64,000 bases of DNA, taken from IMG/VR virus record IMGVR_UViG_3300047157_000197, positions 186,001 to 250,000 of that record. One strand, written 5' to 3'. The first letter of the stretch is position 1; every line of letters starts with the position of its first letter. Below, piece after piece: positions 29,800 to 38,547 of the stretch. Made by a program: the position numbers and the translations under genes. The notes below the pieces were generated by a model. It made no database searches and was not told the DNA's origin. It was given only the letters and a program-made list of their open reading frames with translations.

Positions 29800-30212
29800 C
29801 CTTATTATCATTATTGGAAAGTGATTTGCCATTTTTAATTGAAGTTAGAAATGATGAATCAACTCGTTCTCAATTAGGAAATGATTCTTTATTTACATTA
29901 GAAGATTCTACACAATGGTTTAAAAAAGAACAACCAGAGTGGTTACTTATTATAAACCATAATTTAACTAGAATCGGATACATGAGAATAGATGGTGATA
30001 CAATTGGTATTGATATTCATCCTAATTTTCGTAGAAAAGGATATGCAAGATTGGCATATCAAAAATATTTAGAAGATACTGATTATGCAGACCTTTGGGT
30101 TTTTGAAGATAATCATGCTAAGAAACTATATGAAGAATTAGGATTTGTAGAAACAGGTGAATACGAAACGTTAAGAGATAGAAAGTATTTGAAAATGATA
30201 TACGAAAAATGA
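29790..30212 (+). CDS. GNAT N-acetyltransferase (PseH-like)
   Basis: IHPNFRRKGYA, N.AKKLYEELGF. Confidence 0.8.
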   Translation: MEVTLLSLLESDLPFLIEVRNDESTRSQLGNDSLFTLEDSTQWFKKEQPEWLLIINHNLTRIGYMRIDGDTIGIDIHPNFRRKGYARLAYQKYLEDTDYADLWVFEDNHAKKLYEELGFVETGEYETLRDRKYLKMIYEK

Positions 30213-30919
30213 AAGTAGCATTAATGTTGACAGGACTTGCTAGAAAAGTTCAAGAAGGATATGATGGTTTTTGGAAATATATTATTGATAATAATGATGT
30301 GGATTTATATCTTCATGCTTGGGAATCTAAACCAGATGAAGTAACTAATAATGAAGATAGTGATATTGTACATCAAGTTTATCCAAATGCAACTTATGTT
30401 AATATTGAGAAACCTTTTAAGTTCACAAAATACAGAGAAGGTATAAAAACACCAAGAGATGATAAATCAAGACCTCTTACAGATTTTGATGTATTCAGTA
30501 ATTTTAGAAGTTTTCCTATGTATTATTCTTGGCAATCTACTTATGAAAATATCAAATCTTCAAACATTGATTATGATTGTATTATAAGAAGTAGATACGA
30601 TATTGGTGGAGATAATTTAAATATATCTGAGTTTGATTTAAATAAAATATTCACATCAAATCATCATTGGAAAAACAGTCATGTTCACGATGATAATTTT
30701 TACATATCAAATCAAAGTAATTCTGATAAAGTATTTCCTACTATATTTGAAAACATAGTTGAATTTAATAGAAGTAAAGGTATGATGGATAGTGCAGAAG
30801 AAAATCTAACTAAGTACTTAGAAAGAATAGGATTAATAAATATCTCAGAAAAATCAGATAAAATAAAATTTGATTTATTAAGAGATAATAAAGTTTGGTG
30901 GCCAAAAGATATAAAATGA
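30209..30919 (+). CDS. putative glycosyltransferase-like protein
   Basis: KVALMLTGLAR, DLYLHAW, YDCIIRSRYD. Confidence 0.55.
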   Translation: MKVALMLTGLARKVQEGYDGFWKYIIDNNDVDLYLHAWESKPDEVTNNEDSDIVHQVYPNATYVNIEKPFKFTKYREGIKTPRDDKSRPLTDFDVFSNFRSFPMYYSWQSTYENIKSSNIDYDCIIRSRYDIGGDNLNISEFDLNKIFTSNHHWKNSHVHDDNFYISNQSNSDKVFPTIFENIVEFNRSKGMMDSAEENLTKYLERIGLINISEKSDKIKFDLLRDNKVWWPKDIK

Positions 30920-31590
30920 AAATAGGAATTAACTTAGTAGGAGTATCTTATAACAATGCAATAACTGGTGGACGTTTACGAAACTATGAAGATGCAATAG
31001 AAAACTTTCATACTTACATTGTAGAACCATTTAGAGAAAAGGGATATAATGTCCAATTTTATTTATATAGTTACGAAAATGAAAAACAAGATAAGATAAT
31101 AAACGATTACAGACCTTGTATGAAATCGCAATTCGTAAAACCAGATTATAATAAATTAGGTGGTGGGACAAAAGTTTCTGAAGGATACAAAGTTATGTCA
31201 GTTAGTTATCTAAATAGTTTAGAACAATTAAAGAATCAAGATTTAGATTTAATTATATCAACTAGATACGATATTAAGTTTCTTAAAAATCCATTTGAAG
31301 AATATAATTTTGATTTTGATAAAATGAATTTCTTATGGAGAGAACCAGAACTTAAAGATTTACCATTAGTTAATGATACTTTTTTGGTATTTCCATATAA
31401 AATGTTAGATAATGTTGTTGATTCTATAATTGAAATGGAAGAAAATCCACCACAAGGTAAAAATATAGCAATGCATAATTGGTATTTACCCATGGTAAAT
31501 CAAGTTGGAGAAGATAAAGTACAATGGGTTGACGATGAATTCAGAACCGCAATACAGAATGAGTTATACATATTAACAAGAAAGACATAA
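30916..31590 (+). CDS. putative glycosyltransferase-like protein (paralogue-like of upstream gene)
   Basis: MKIGINLVG, DLIISTRYD, VNDTF; likely start at MKIG. Confidence 0.5.
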   Translation: MKIGINLVGVSYNNAITGGRLRNYEDAIENFHTYIVEPFREKGYNVQFYLYSYENEKQDKIINDYRPCMKSQFVKPDYNKLGGGTKVSEGYKVMSVSYLNSLEQLKNQDLDLIISTRYDIKFLKNPFEEYNFDFDKMNFLWREPELKDLPLVNDTFLVFPYKMLDNVVDSIIEMEENPPQGKNIAMHNWYLPMVNQVGEDKVQWVDDEFRTAIQNELYILTRKT

Positions 31591-31593
31591 TAT

Positions 31594-32352
31594 ATGAATA
31601 AATTAATAAGTGGATATTGGTGGGCATGGAAAGAGATAGAAGCAGGAAAGAAATCTATGCAAACTCTAAGAAAGTATTATCCTGATGCTGATTTGTTTAT
31701 TAATGTAGATTATGAAGGTGATGTAGATGGTTATACCAAAGTAGGTAAAGAACTAAATGCAACAGTTACTCGTAATAATTTTCAGTTAGGATATTGTGGA
31801 AACTTTGGTGATAGAGATATAGGATATGATTATTGGTCAAAAGAAAAAGCAGTAGAATGGTTAAGAGGAGTATATGATGCTTGTACTAAAACTGATTCAA
31901 AGTATATGATGTTGTTTGAAGAAGATGATTTTGTATTAAAGAACATCTCAATCTTAGATACAGATTTTTCAATAGCAATTCATCCAACTGCACCATCACC
32001 AGTTAGAATGAGACCAAATCTAATACCAAAACAGTTTTTAGATTATTCTAAAGAGATTGGTGGTATTGGAGATTGTCCTGGTTATGCAAGTGGTGGGGGA
32101 ACTATTTTTAATAGAGAACATTATATGGATAGTTACGAAAGAATATTAGATAAGTTTACAGATGTATATGATGATTTCTGTAAAATAAATAAAATATTTG
32201 GTTGGGAAGATTTTTTATTCCAATACATTTTTATGTTAGGTGGATATGAAGTTACACAAAATCATGATTTATGTGAACTATGGGAAGTACCAAACTTTGA
32301 GGGATTTGAAATATTAACTGGTTGTAAAGACCCAAACTTAATTACACTATAA
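31594..32352 (+). CDS. putative GT-A glycosyltransferase
   Basis: YMMLFEEDD, GGGTIFN, GWED. Confidence 0.55.
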   Translation: MNKLISGYWWAWKEIEAGKKSMQTLRKYYPDADLFINVDYEGDVDGYTKVGKELNATVTRNNFQLGYCGNFGDRDIGYDYWSKEKAVEWLRGVYDACTKTDSKYMMLFEEDDFVLKNISILDTDFSIAIHPTAPSPVRMRPNLIPKQFLDYSKEIGGIGDCPGYASGGGTIFNREHYMDSYERILDKFTDVYDDFCKINKIFGWEDFLFQYIFMLGGYEVTQNHDLCELWEVPNFEGFEILTGCKDPNLITL

Positions 32353-33161
32353 TGGATGATGATACTTACACAATACTAGGTTGTATTACAAAATATAAGG
32401 CAGATGATATAAGACCTTATGTAGAATCAATTGAACAGACAGGTTTTAAAGGTAGAAAAGTAATGTTGGTATATGATGTACCACAAGAAACTATTGATTA
32501 TCTTAAATCAAAAGGATGGGATTTGTTTGGAGGAGAACTTCAACAACATATAATCTTACAGAGGTTTAGAGATTTATATAAACTATTAGGTTCAGAAATA
32601 AAAGGTACAGTTATTTGGACTGATGTTAAGGATGTGATATTTCAAAAAGACCCAACTGATTGGATTGAGCATAATATGGAAGATGATATATTATCATTCT
32701 CAGAATGTATCACATTTAAAAATGACCCTTGGGCGTGTGTAAATGCAGGAACTTCTTTTCCTATGGAGTGGGAATGGTTACAAAATAAAACATCTTATTG
32801 TGCAGGAACTATCGTTGGTGATGCTTGTTATCTTAGAGATTTATTCATCGATATTTACAGATGGAGTATGACAAGTTCAAACCCAGGCCAGTTATCAGAC
32901 CAAGCAGCTTATAATGTGTTAATTAACTTACATCATATTAGTGATTGTGTTCAAACAGTAAAACAGGAAGAGGGATTTGTTACCCAATTAGGAACTGTGT
33001 TGGTAAAGAAAGATGAGTTTAAAGATGTTCTATTAGAACCAACACCAATCGTAGATGAAAACTATATAGTAAAGAATCAAAATGGAGAACCTTTCTGTTT
33101 AGTACATCAGTACGATAGAATACCAGCATTTAAAGAATTTATTTATAACAAATACAAATAA
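32352..33161 (+). CDS. putative GT-A glycosyltransferase
   Basis: WTDVKDVIFQ, CAGTIVG, DQAAYN, VHQYDR. Confidence 0.6.
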   Translation: MDDDTYTILGCITKYKADDIRPYVESIEQTGFKGRKVMLVYDVPQETIDYLKSKGWDLFGGELQQHIILQRFRDLYKLLGSEIKGTVIWTDVKDVIFQKDPTDWIEHNMEDDILSFSECITFKNDPWACVNAGTSFPMEWEWLQNKTSYCAGTIVGDACYLRDLFIDIYRWSMTSSNPGQLSDQAAYNVLINLHHISDCVQTVKQEEGFVTQLGTVLVKKDEFKDVLLEPTPIVDENYIVKNQNGEPFCLVHQYDRIPAFKEFIYNKYK

Positions 33162-34054
33162 TGAAAGTAGTAATATCAATTTTCTGTTTACCATATGAGA
33201 TAGATGATTTGGAAAATACACTAAATCAACTAAAGAAGGCATCTTATTATATAGATAAAAAAATAGATTGGTGTTTAGATGTAACGATGTGTTTGGCAGA
33301 TGATATGGTAAATTGGAATAAATCATCTTTACCAAAGAAGTTTTTTGAAGATAAATTATTAAAATTATTATCAATAACAGATTGGTGTACGAAGAATATT
33401 CAAACTTCAACAGAAATAAAAGGATGTGTATCTCAGAGAAGATATTCTTTAGAAAAACATAGAGAAGCAGATTACTTTATTTGGTTAGATACAGATATTA
33501 TATTTGATGAAAGAACGTTGTTCTATATCGAACAAAGTATAAAAGGTACAAATAAAGATTATTTACAAACAATCATTACACCAGAAATTGTTAGAGTTTG
33601 GGATAATACTTGGGATTGTATTGTAAATGAACAATTCTTAGATAAACCACTTGAATATCAAAAAACAAATGACCCTTATAAAGATAGTGGTATCAAAGGA
33701 GATATTAGTATTGTACCTGTAAATAATTCAAACTCCCCTCAATCAAGATTTAAATTTGCAGGAGGATGGTTCACTTGTATAAGTGGAAAACTTCTAAATA
33801 GAATTGGAATACCAGATTCATTTGCTCACTATGGTTATGAAGATACCTTTTTAATGGTGGGTAGTGAAAAACTCGTTAGAGAACAAAATGAAGAAATTCA
33901 TCAATTCAAAATAAAAAACCTAGTAGTTTGTGAAAACTACAAATATAGAGGACATTATCATTACCTAAATTCTCTCTCAGTTTACGATAGAAGAGAGGAA
34001 TTTAAAAAAATATCCCATGATAATTTCATATCAGAAGTAAAAATAATACAATAA
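33161..34054 (+). CDS. GT2/GT7-like glycosyltransferase
   Basis: FIWLDTD (DxD), GGWF, YGYED. Confidence 0.6.
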   Translation: MKVVISIFCLPYEIDDLENTLNQLKKASYYIDKKIDWCLDVTMCLADDMVNWNKSSLPKKFFEDKLLKLLSITDWCTKNIQTSTEIKGCVSQRRYSLEKHREADYFIWLDTDIIFDERTLFYIEQSIKGTNKDYLQTIITPEIVRVWDNTWDCIVNEQFLDKPLEYQKTNDPYKDSGIKGDISIVPVNNSNSPQSRFKFAGGWFTCISGKLLNRIGIPDSFAHYGYEDTFLMVGSEKLVREQNEEIHQFKIKNLVVCENYKYRGHYHYLNSLSVYDRREEFKKISHDNFISEVKIIQ

Positions 34055-34125
34055 ACCTACCCTTTAGAATCTAATACCTATATTTATTGTTGTAAGAAAT
34101 TACTTACATAAAACAAGTTATACCC

Positions 34126-34182
34126 AACATTCCCCCAAAAAGGGCAGTTCTACTTAACAATCCCCATAGAGGGCAGTTCTAC
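34126..34182 (+). repeat. tandem imperfect ~28-bp direct repeat in the leader of the exported-protein cluster
   Basis: AACATTCCCCCAAAAAGGGCAGTTCTAC / AACAATCCCCATAGAGGGCAGTTCTAC. Confidence 0.8.
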
Positions 34183-34254
34183 AAATAAGAGTAGTTTTAG
34201 TAAATCGTTTTTTAAATTAGTTACAGTAATCTATTAATAATATAGGAGATTACT

Positions 34255-34764
34255 TTGAAGTACGCTACATTAAATGTATTTAAAATATTCATTTTATGTA
34301 TCTTTGTTTTATTACCGACAGGTTCTAATGAGATACATACAAGTGATGACAACCTCATTAAAGTCGGTGAAGTGACCAACGAAATCCGAATGGGACAGTT
34401 TGCAGGTAACCGAAACCTAGCAGTTGGTGTCAAGAATATCCTCGAAGAATTATTAATGGATTTAGATTATGATTTATCAGACCAAGCATCTACGCAAATA
34501 AATGTAAGATTGGTCTTTTTTGATATAAAAAATATTGGAACATCGGTTGCGGTGTTTCATAAAGATGTTTCATTAACGCAAATTATTGCGATTGGTGAAT
34601 TAGAAGTCAAGGGAAAAGTTAAAAAACGTACTACTCAAAAAGGAACGAGTAAAACAATTTCTACTAGTACTCTTGTAGTTGCACAAGACGGAACATTTAA
34701 CCAACAAACAGCCTCAATTGCTTTAAAGAAAGTATGTGAGGCAATTATTAAGGATTTATTATGA
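34255..34764 (+). CDS. exported CsgG-like protein (short paralogue of 37825)
   Basis: hydrophobic N-terminus; NLAVGVKNILEELL vs RVGLGVTNMVIEYL; FNQQTASIALKKVCE vs FRQSAIGVTTRKALE; TTG start after AGGAG. Confidence 0.5.
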   Translation: MKYATLNVFKIFILCIFVLLPTGSNEIHTSDDNLIKVGEVTNEIRMGQFAGNRNLAVGVKNILEELLMDLDYDLSDQASTQINVRLVFFDIKNIGTSVAVFHKDVSLTQIIAIGELEVKGKVKKRTTQKGTSKTISTSTLVVAQDGTFNQQTASIALKKVCEAIIKDLL

Positions 34765-36410
34765 AAAAAATTTTATTATTATTAATTAGTGTATTTTTTA
34801 CACTATCTGTATCTGGTCAGAATGACCCCGCTGAGATAAATTATAGTCCAGTAAATACAGTAACAAAAGTAGGGGATACTTTAGTTATGAAGTTCCAATA
34901 CAACAAACAAGATGGAGGAGATTTGACATTAGCTCAATTCGATTTCGAATATAACAACAAATTGTTATCTTACATCTCAAGTACCTCACAAGCACCAACA
35001 GGTGCATCATTTGCTAGAAACAATTGGACAGGGTATAAGTTTGTACCTAAAGCAAATACATCAGAAGATGATATGGATGTACAATACACTTGGTGGAAAG
35101 ATGAAGCAGGAAATGCTTCCTATTCTACTTCTGCTGATTGGAGTGTAGAGAGAACTACAATCCAAACCTCAGCTGCATACGAAGATGGTGGAGAATTTGT
35201 AAAGTATAGCTTCAAAATAAAGGATAAGTTTGGTAGTGGGTATGATAACTACAACAATATCATTAAAGTGAATTGGGCAAACTACCAAAAAGCAGATGGA
35301 ACAAAAATTCAAACTATTAAATCACCATCTACACAATCACTAAGTGGTATCGAGGGTGGTAATGCTGGTGCATTTACTATTAACCTTAAAACTGCAAATT
35401 CAACTAAAACAGATTATTCTTATACTATTAAGAATGGTGCAGGTGAATCAGTTGCAACTGGTACTTTTGATGAAAGTGGACAAGCATCTGTAAGTGGTTT
35501 AGAAAACAACGTAACTTATACTGCTGAAGCAAACTTAGCCGAAGATGCAACTTACTTAGATGAAGTAGTTACTGTATCTGATTTGGCATTAGTATTCGCT
35601 GAAGCAATTGGAGCAGGTTCTGGTCCAAGTGGTGGTTCAACTACATTTGATTATTTCATACAAGATATAATGGGTGATGTTGTTGGTAGTGATAATGGAG
35701 TAGATTTCCAAGATTCATATGAGATACTTGCTTACCTACAAGGTGTAACAAGTGGTAATACAAACTTAATCACACAAGATGGACAAACGGAAGATTATAG
35801 TGGTATTGAATCTACATATGGTGCAGTTACTAATAATACAGTAACCTTCGCTAAATCATTCACACCAATTGATTCAGATGCTACTTCTAAAACAATTGAT
35901 TTAGCTCATGGTTTAAGAGGTGATGTAAATTTCTCTCACTCATGGGAGCCGAGTGTATCAAGTGGTGAAAAAGCAACATCAGCTCAAACATCATCATTTA
36001 GAATATCATCGGCAGCTGGTTCTAAATATAGTCAAACAGAAACAGCAAATATCGATTTAATATCTGAAATAAATGATGATGGAAGAGTAGTATTTTCAAT
36101 TAATTCTGAGATTGAAGATATGGTTGGTTCTCAGTTTAATATCGTATATGACCCTAACATATTATCTTTAGAAAATGTAATATTTGATACTGGTAATGAA
36201 ATGACTAACTTTTCAAACGTAATCGAAGCAGGGTATGTAAGAGTTGGTTCATTTGACCAAAATGTTAGTTCAACAGTTAAAGCAGGAACACCATATCAAT
36301 TAATATTTGTTCCAGTTGAAGATATATCAAATGCATCAGGTTTAATTTCGTTTAGAGTTAAAGAAGGTGTAAAAGCAGATGGAACACAAATTAATTTTAT
36401 AATACAATAA
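34761..36410 (+). CDS. secreted cohesin / dockerin-like / cohesin protein
   Basis: signal ending VSG-Q; QFDFEYNNKLL and QFNIVYDPNIL cohesin-like strands; VTVSD...GDV..NGVDFQD...GDVNFSHS dockerin-like module. Confidence 0.6.
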   Translation: MKKILLLLISVFFTLSVSGQNDPAEINYSPVNTVTKVGDTLVMKFQYNKQDGGDLTLAQFDFEYNNKLLSYISSTSQAPTGASFARNNWTGYKFVPKANTSEDDMDVQYTWWKDEAGNASYSTSADWSVERTTIQTSAAYEDGGEFVKYSFKIKDKFGSGYDNYNNIIKVNWANYQKADGTKIQTIKSPSTQSLSGIEGGNAGAFTINLKTANSTKTDYSYTIKNGAGESVATGTFDESGQASVSGLENNVTYTAEANLAEDATYLDEVVTVSDLALVFAEAIGAGSGPSGGSTTFDYFIQDIMGDVVGSDNGVDFQDSYEILAYLQGVTSGNTNLITQDGQTEDYSGIESTYGAVTNNTVTFAKSFTPIDSDATSKTIDLAHGLRGDVNFSHSWEPSVSSGEKATSAQTSSFRISSAAGSKYSQTETANIDLISEINDDGRVVFSINSEIEDMVGSQFNIVYDPNILSLENVIFDTGNEMTNFSNVIEAGYVRVGSFDQNVSSTVKAGTPYQLIFVPVEDISNASGLISFRVKEGVKADGTQINFIIQ

Positions 36411-36428
36411 TAAAAAGGAAACAGAAAA

Positions 36429-36806
36429 ATGAAAAAAATATTAACATTACTTAGTTTGGTTTTAATAATGGGTTGTTACCAAGATGATGATTTAGTAACA
36501 CTTTATCCAGACCAAGAAGTACCACAATCTTTACAGATTAAAGATTTGATTGGTATTAAATTAGAAAACACTATCGTAACTGATAGAGTTGCGATGAATG
36601 TAAAATTACCACTTGATGGTAAATATAGAATAAAGATTAGACATGGTATGACCAATGAACTAATCTCACAAGAGATGATAACTGCTGGTGAGGGTGATAA
36701 CCTTCTTAAAGTGTATGTTGCATCTTTAGAGAAAAGTGGTTATGTGATTCAATTAACAGATGAATTTCATAATATATTAGGAAATCAGTCTTTCGTAGTA
36801 AATTAA
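36429..36806 (+). CDS. small lipoprotein with T9SS-CTD-like Ig fold
   Basis: lipobox LIMG-C; G.N...Y..SLEKSGYVIQL pattern. Confidence 0.55.
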   Translation: MKKILTLLSLVLIMGCYQDDDLVTLYPDQEVPQSLQIKDLIGIKLENTIVTDRVAMNVKLPLDGKYRIKIRHGMTNELISQEMITAGEGDNLLKVYVASLEKSGYVIQLTDEFHNILGNQSFVVN

Positions 36807-36807
36807 A

Positions 36808-36945
36808 ATGTTAAATAGTATATTTTTAGTGTCAGTTGGATTTATTACAATGTGGTTAGTATGTAAGTACGAAATAACAAAATGTAAAATTGGTAAATCA
36901 TGTGATTGTAAAGAATGTAGAGAAAAAAGGAGAGCAAAATTATGA
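36808..36945 (+). CDS. small membrane protein with Cys-rich tail (45 aa, not in track)
   Basis: MLNSIFLVSVGFITMWLVCKYEITKCKIGKSCDCKECREKRRAKL*. Confidence 0.4.
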   Translation: MLNSIFLVSVGFITMWLVCKYEITKCKIGKSCDCKECREKRRAKL

Positions 36946-37244
36946 GTGAAAAAAAAGAAGGATTCTTTGCACAAATAAAGAATCAAGTAATAGCTGGGGT
37001 TGGTATAGTACTAACTACATTGGGTGGTGTTTTTATAGATGAGGTTAAATCATTTGTAGGAATAGAAGATGATTCAGAACCACAAACTGAGGTTGTACAA
37101 GAAAACAATCAATCAGTAAATGTAGAAGGACCTACTATCGTAGTAAACATACCAGAACAACAGGTAAAAGAAAAAGTAATTATCAAGGAAGTTAAAGTTC
37201 CTGTTAAGAAGAAAAAAGAAAAAGAACAAGAAATTGATTGGTAA
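36942..37244 (+). CDS. single-TM membrane protein
   Basis: VIAGVGIVLTTLGGVF helix; AGGAG upstream. Confidence 0.6.
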   Translation: MSEKKEGFFAQIKNQVIAGVGIVLTTLGGVFIDEVKSFVGIEDDSEPQTEVVQENNQSVNVEGPTIVVNIPEQQVKEKVIIKEVKVPVKKKKEKEQEIDW

Positions 37245-37262
37245 TTTAAATAAAGGAGAAAA

Positions 37263-37490
37263 ATGAGTAGTTTCAAAAAATGGTGGAAAGTAAATGGACA
37301 AGGTATCGGATTTATAGCTGGTATAGTGTTTCTAAATGCTTACTTTTTAATATTAGGTGATTTAATGAACAAACACGAATGGTTAGCTGGTGTTTGGTTA
37401 TTATGTTTCTTTGGATTTGCAGGATGGTATTCTTGGCAAATGAAGATTCATGGTTGGAGATTGCCTAAGGATATAAAAGATACCCACTAA
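37263..37490 (+). CDS. small two-TM membrane protein
   Basis: two hydrophobic segments; AAGGAG upstream. Confidence 0.55.
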   Translation: MSSFKKWWKVNGQGIGFIAGIVFLNAYFLILGDLMNKHEWLAGVWLLCFFGFAGWYSWQMKIHGWRLPKDIKDTH

Positions 37491-37526
37491 CGTTTAATAT
37501 TAATACATGGAGAACAATGATAAACA

Positions 37527-37721
37527 ATGGAAGTAATAAAACAAATTTTCGGAGATAAAATGTCAGACTATAAAATAGTTGATATTATGTTGAAAATATG
37601 GGTTGCTGGTTTATTATCTATGGTTGTACTTGGTTTAGTTGCTGTGATTAGTCACATCATCATGAACCCATCATCAGTAGATAACGCAACATTTGGTGTA
37701 TTTGATACACTAGGGAGTTAA
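37527..37721 (+). CDS. small membrane protein
   Basis: IWVAGLLSMVVLGLVAVISHII helix. Confidence 0.55.
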   Translation: MEVIKQIFGDKMSDYKIVDIMLKIWVAGLLSMVVLGLVAVISHIIMNPSSVDNATFGVFDTLGS

Positions 37722-37824
37722 ATATGAAAAGAATTATAGAATTAATAATCAAGATAGATGATTGGGTAATGAAATCATTATATGATATATATCCAGAATT
37801 AACCAAACATCAGAAAGATAAAAA

Positions 37825-38544
37825 ATGAGAAATATATTTATTTTAATTTTATGTGTATTATTCACACAAAATACTATTGCACAAACTGTTGGTAAAATCA
37901 AGGCAGAAACATATCAAGCTGAATTTGAAAAAAAGAAATCAATTGATGATGTATCTGATTACGATGGTCCATATATTCCTATAGCTTTACTTAATATATC
38001 TGCTAGTGATGGGGTTTACGAAATGTGGCCTGAGTTAAAGGATGCTAGAGTAGGTTTAGGTGTAACAAACATGGTAATAGAGTACTTGGATTGGACAAAC
38101 AGATTCGAGTTCGTAGAGGAGAAGTCAGAGATTAAGGATAGAATGAAAAATCAATGGGTTGCATCAAGAAAGGGTGTTTCTCAAAATGAAGTTTATGGAA
38201 TGGGTAAAGTAATGTTGGCGAATTATTTCGTTACAATAGAGATTTACGATTTCTCAGTTTCAGAAGATGAGGTTTTATCTTTAAAAGATGGTTCTAAACA
38301 AACACAAACAACTCGTTTAGGGTTGCAAGTTCGTTTTACTAATGCCGAGAATGGTACTTACTTTGTAGGTTCTGGTCTAGGTGAAGCAAATACAGTTAAG
38401 ACTCAAGAGGGTTTGCTGGGATTAGATTTGGAGGAAATAAACTTCAGACAATCAGCAATTGGGGTAACTACCAGAAAAGCATTAGAAACGGCTTCAGCAA
38501 GAATAGTAGCAAGAATGATTAGAAAAAAAATATTTCCAAACTAA
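37825..38544 (+). CDS. CsgG/HfaB-family (curli secretion pore-like) exported protein
   Basis: signal ending TIA-Q; LGVTNMVIEYL..TNRFEFVE, ANYFVTIEIYDF, QVRFTNAENG match the CsgG-like fold pattern. Confidence 0.7.
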   Translation: MRNIFILILCVLFTQNTIAQTVGKIKAETYQAEFEKKKSIDDVSDYDGPYIPIALLNISASDGVYEMWPELKDARVGLGVTNMVIEYLDWTNRFEFVEEKSEIKDRMKNQWVASRKGVSQNEVYGMGKVMLANYFVTIEIYDFSVSEDEVLSLKDGSKQTQTTRLGLQVRFTNAENGTYFVGSGLGEANTVKTQEGLLGLDLEEINFRQSAIGVTTRKALETASARIVARMIRKKIFPN

Positions 38545-38547
38545 TGA

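Noticed and set aside
34126-34182. Possible mini-CRISPR array
   Set aside because: Only two units separated by 2 nt; no spacers and no cas operon.
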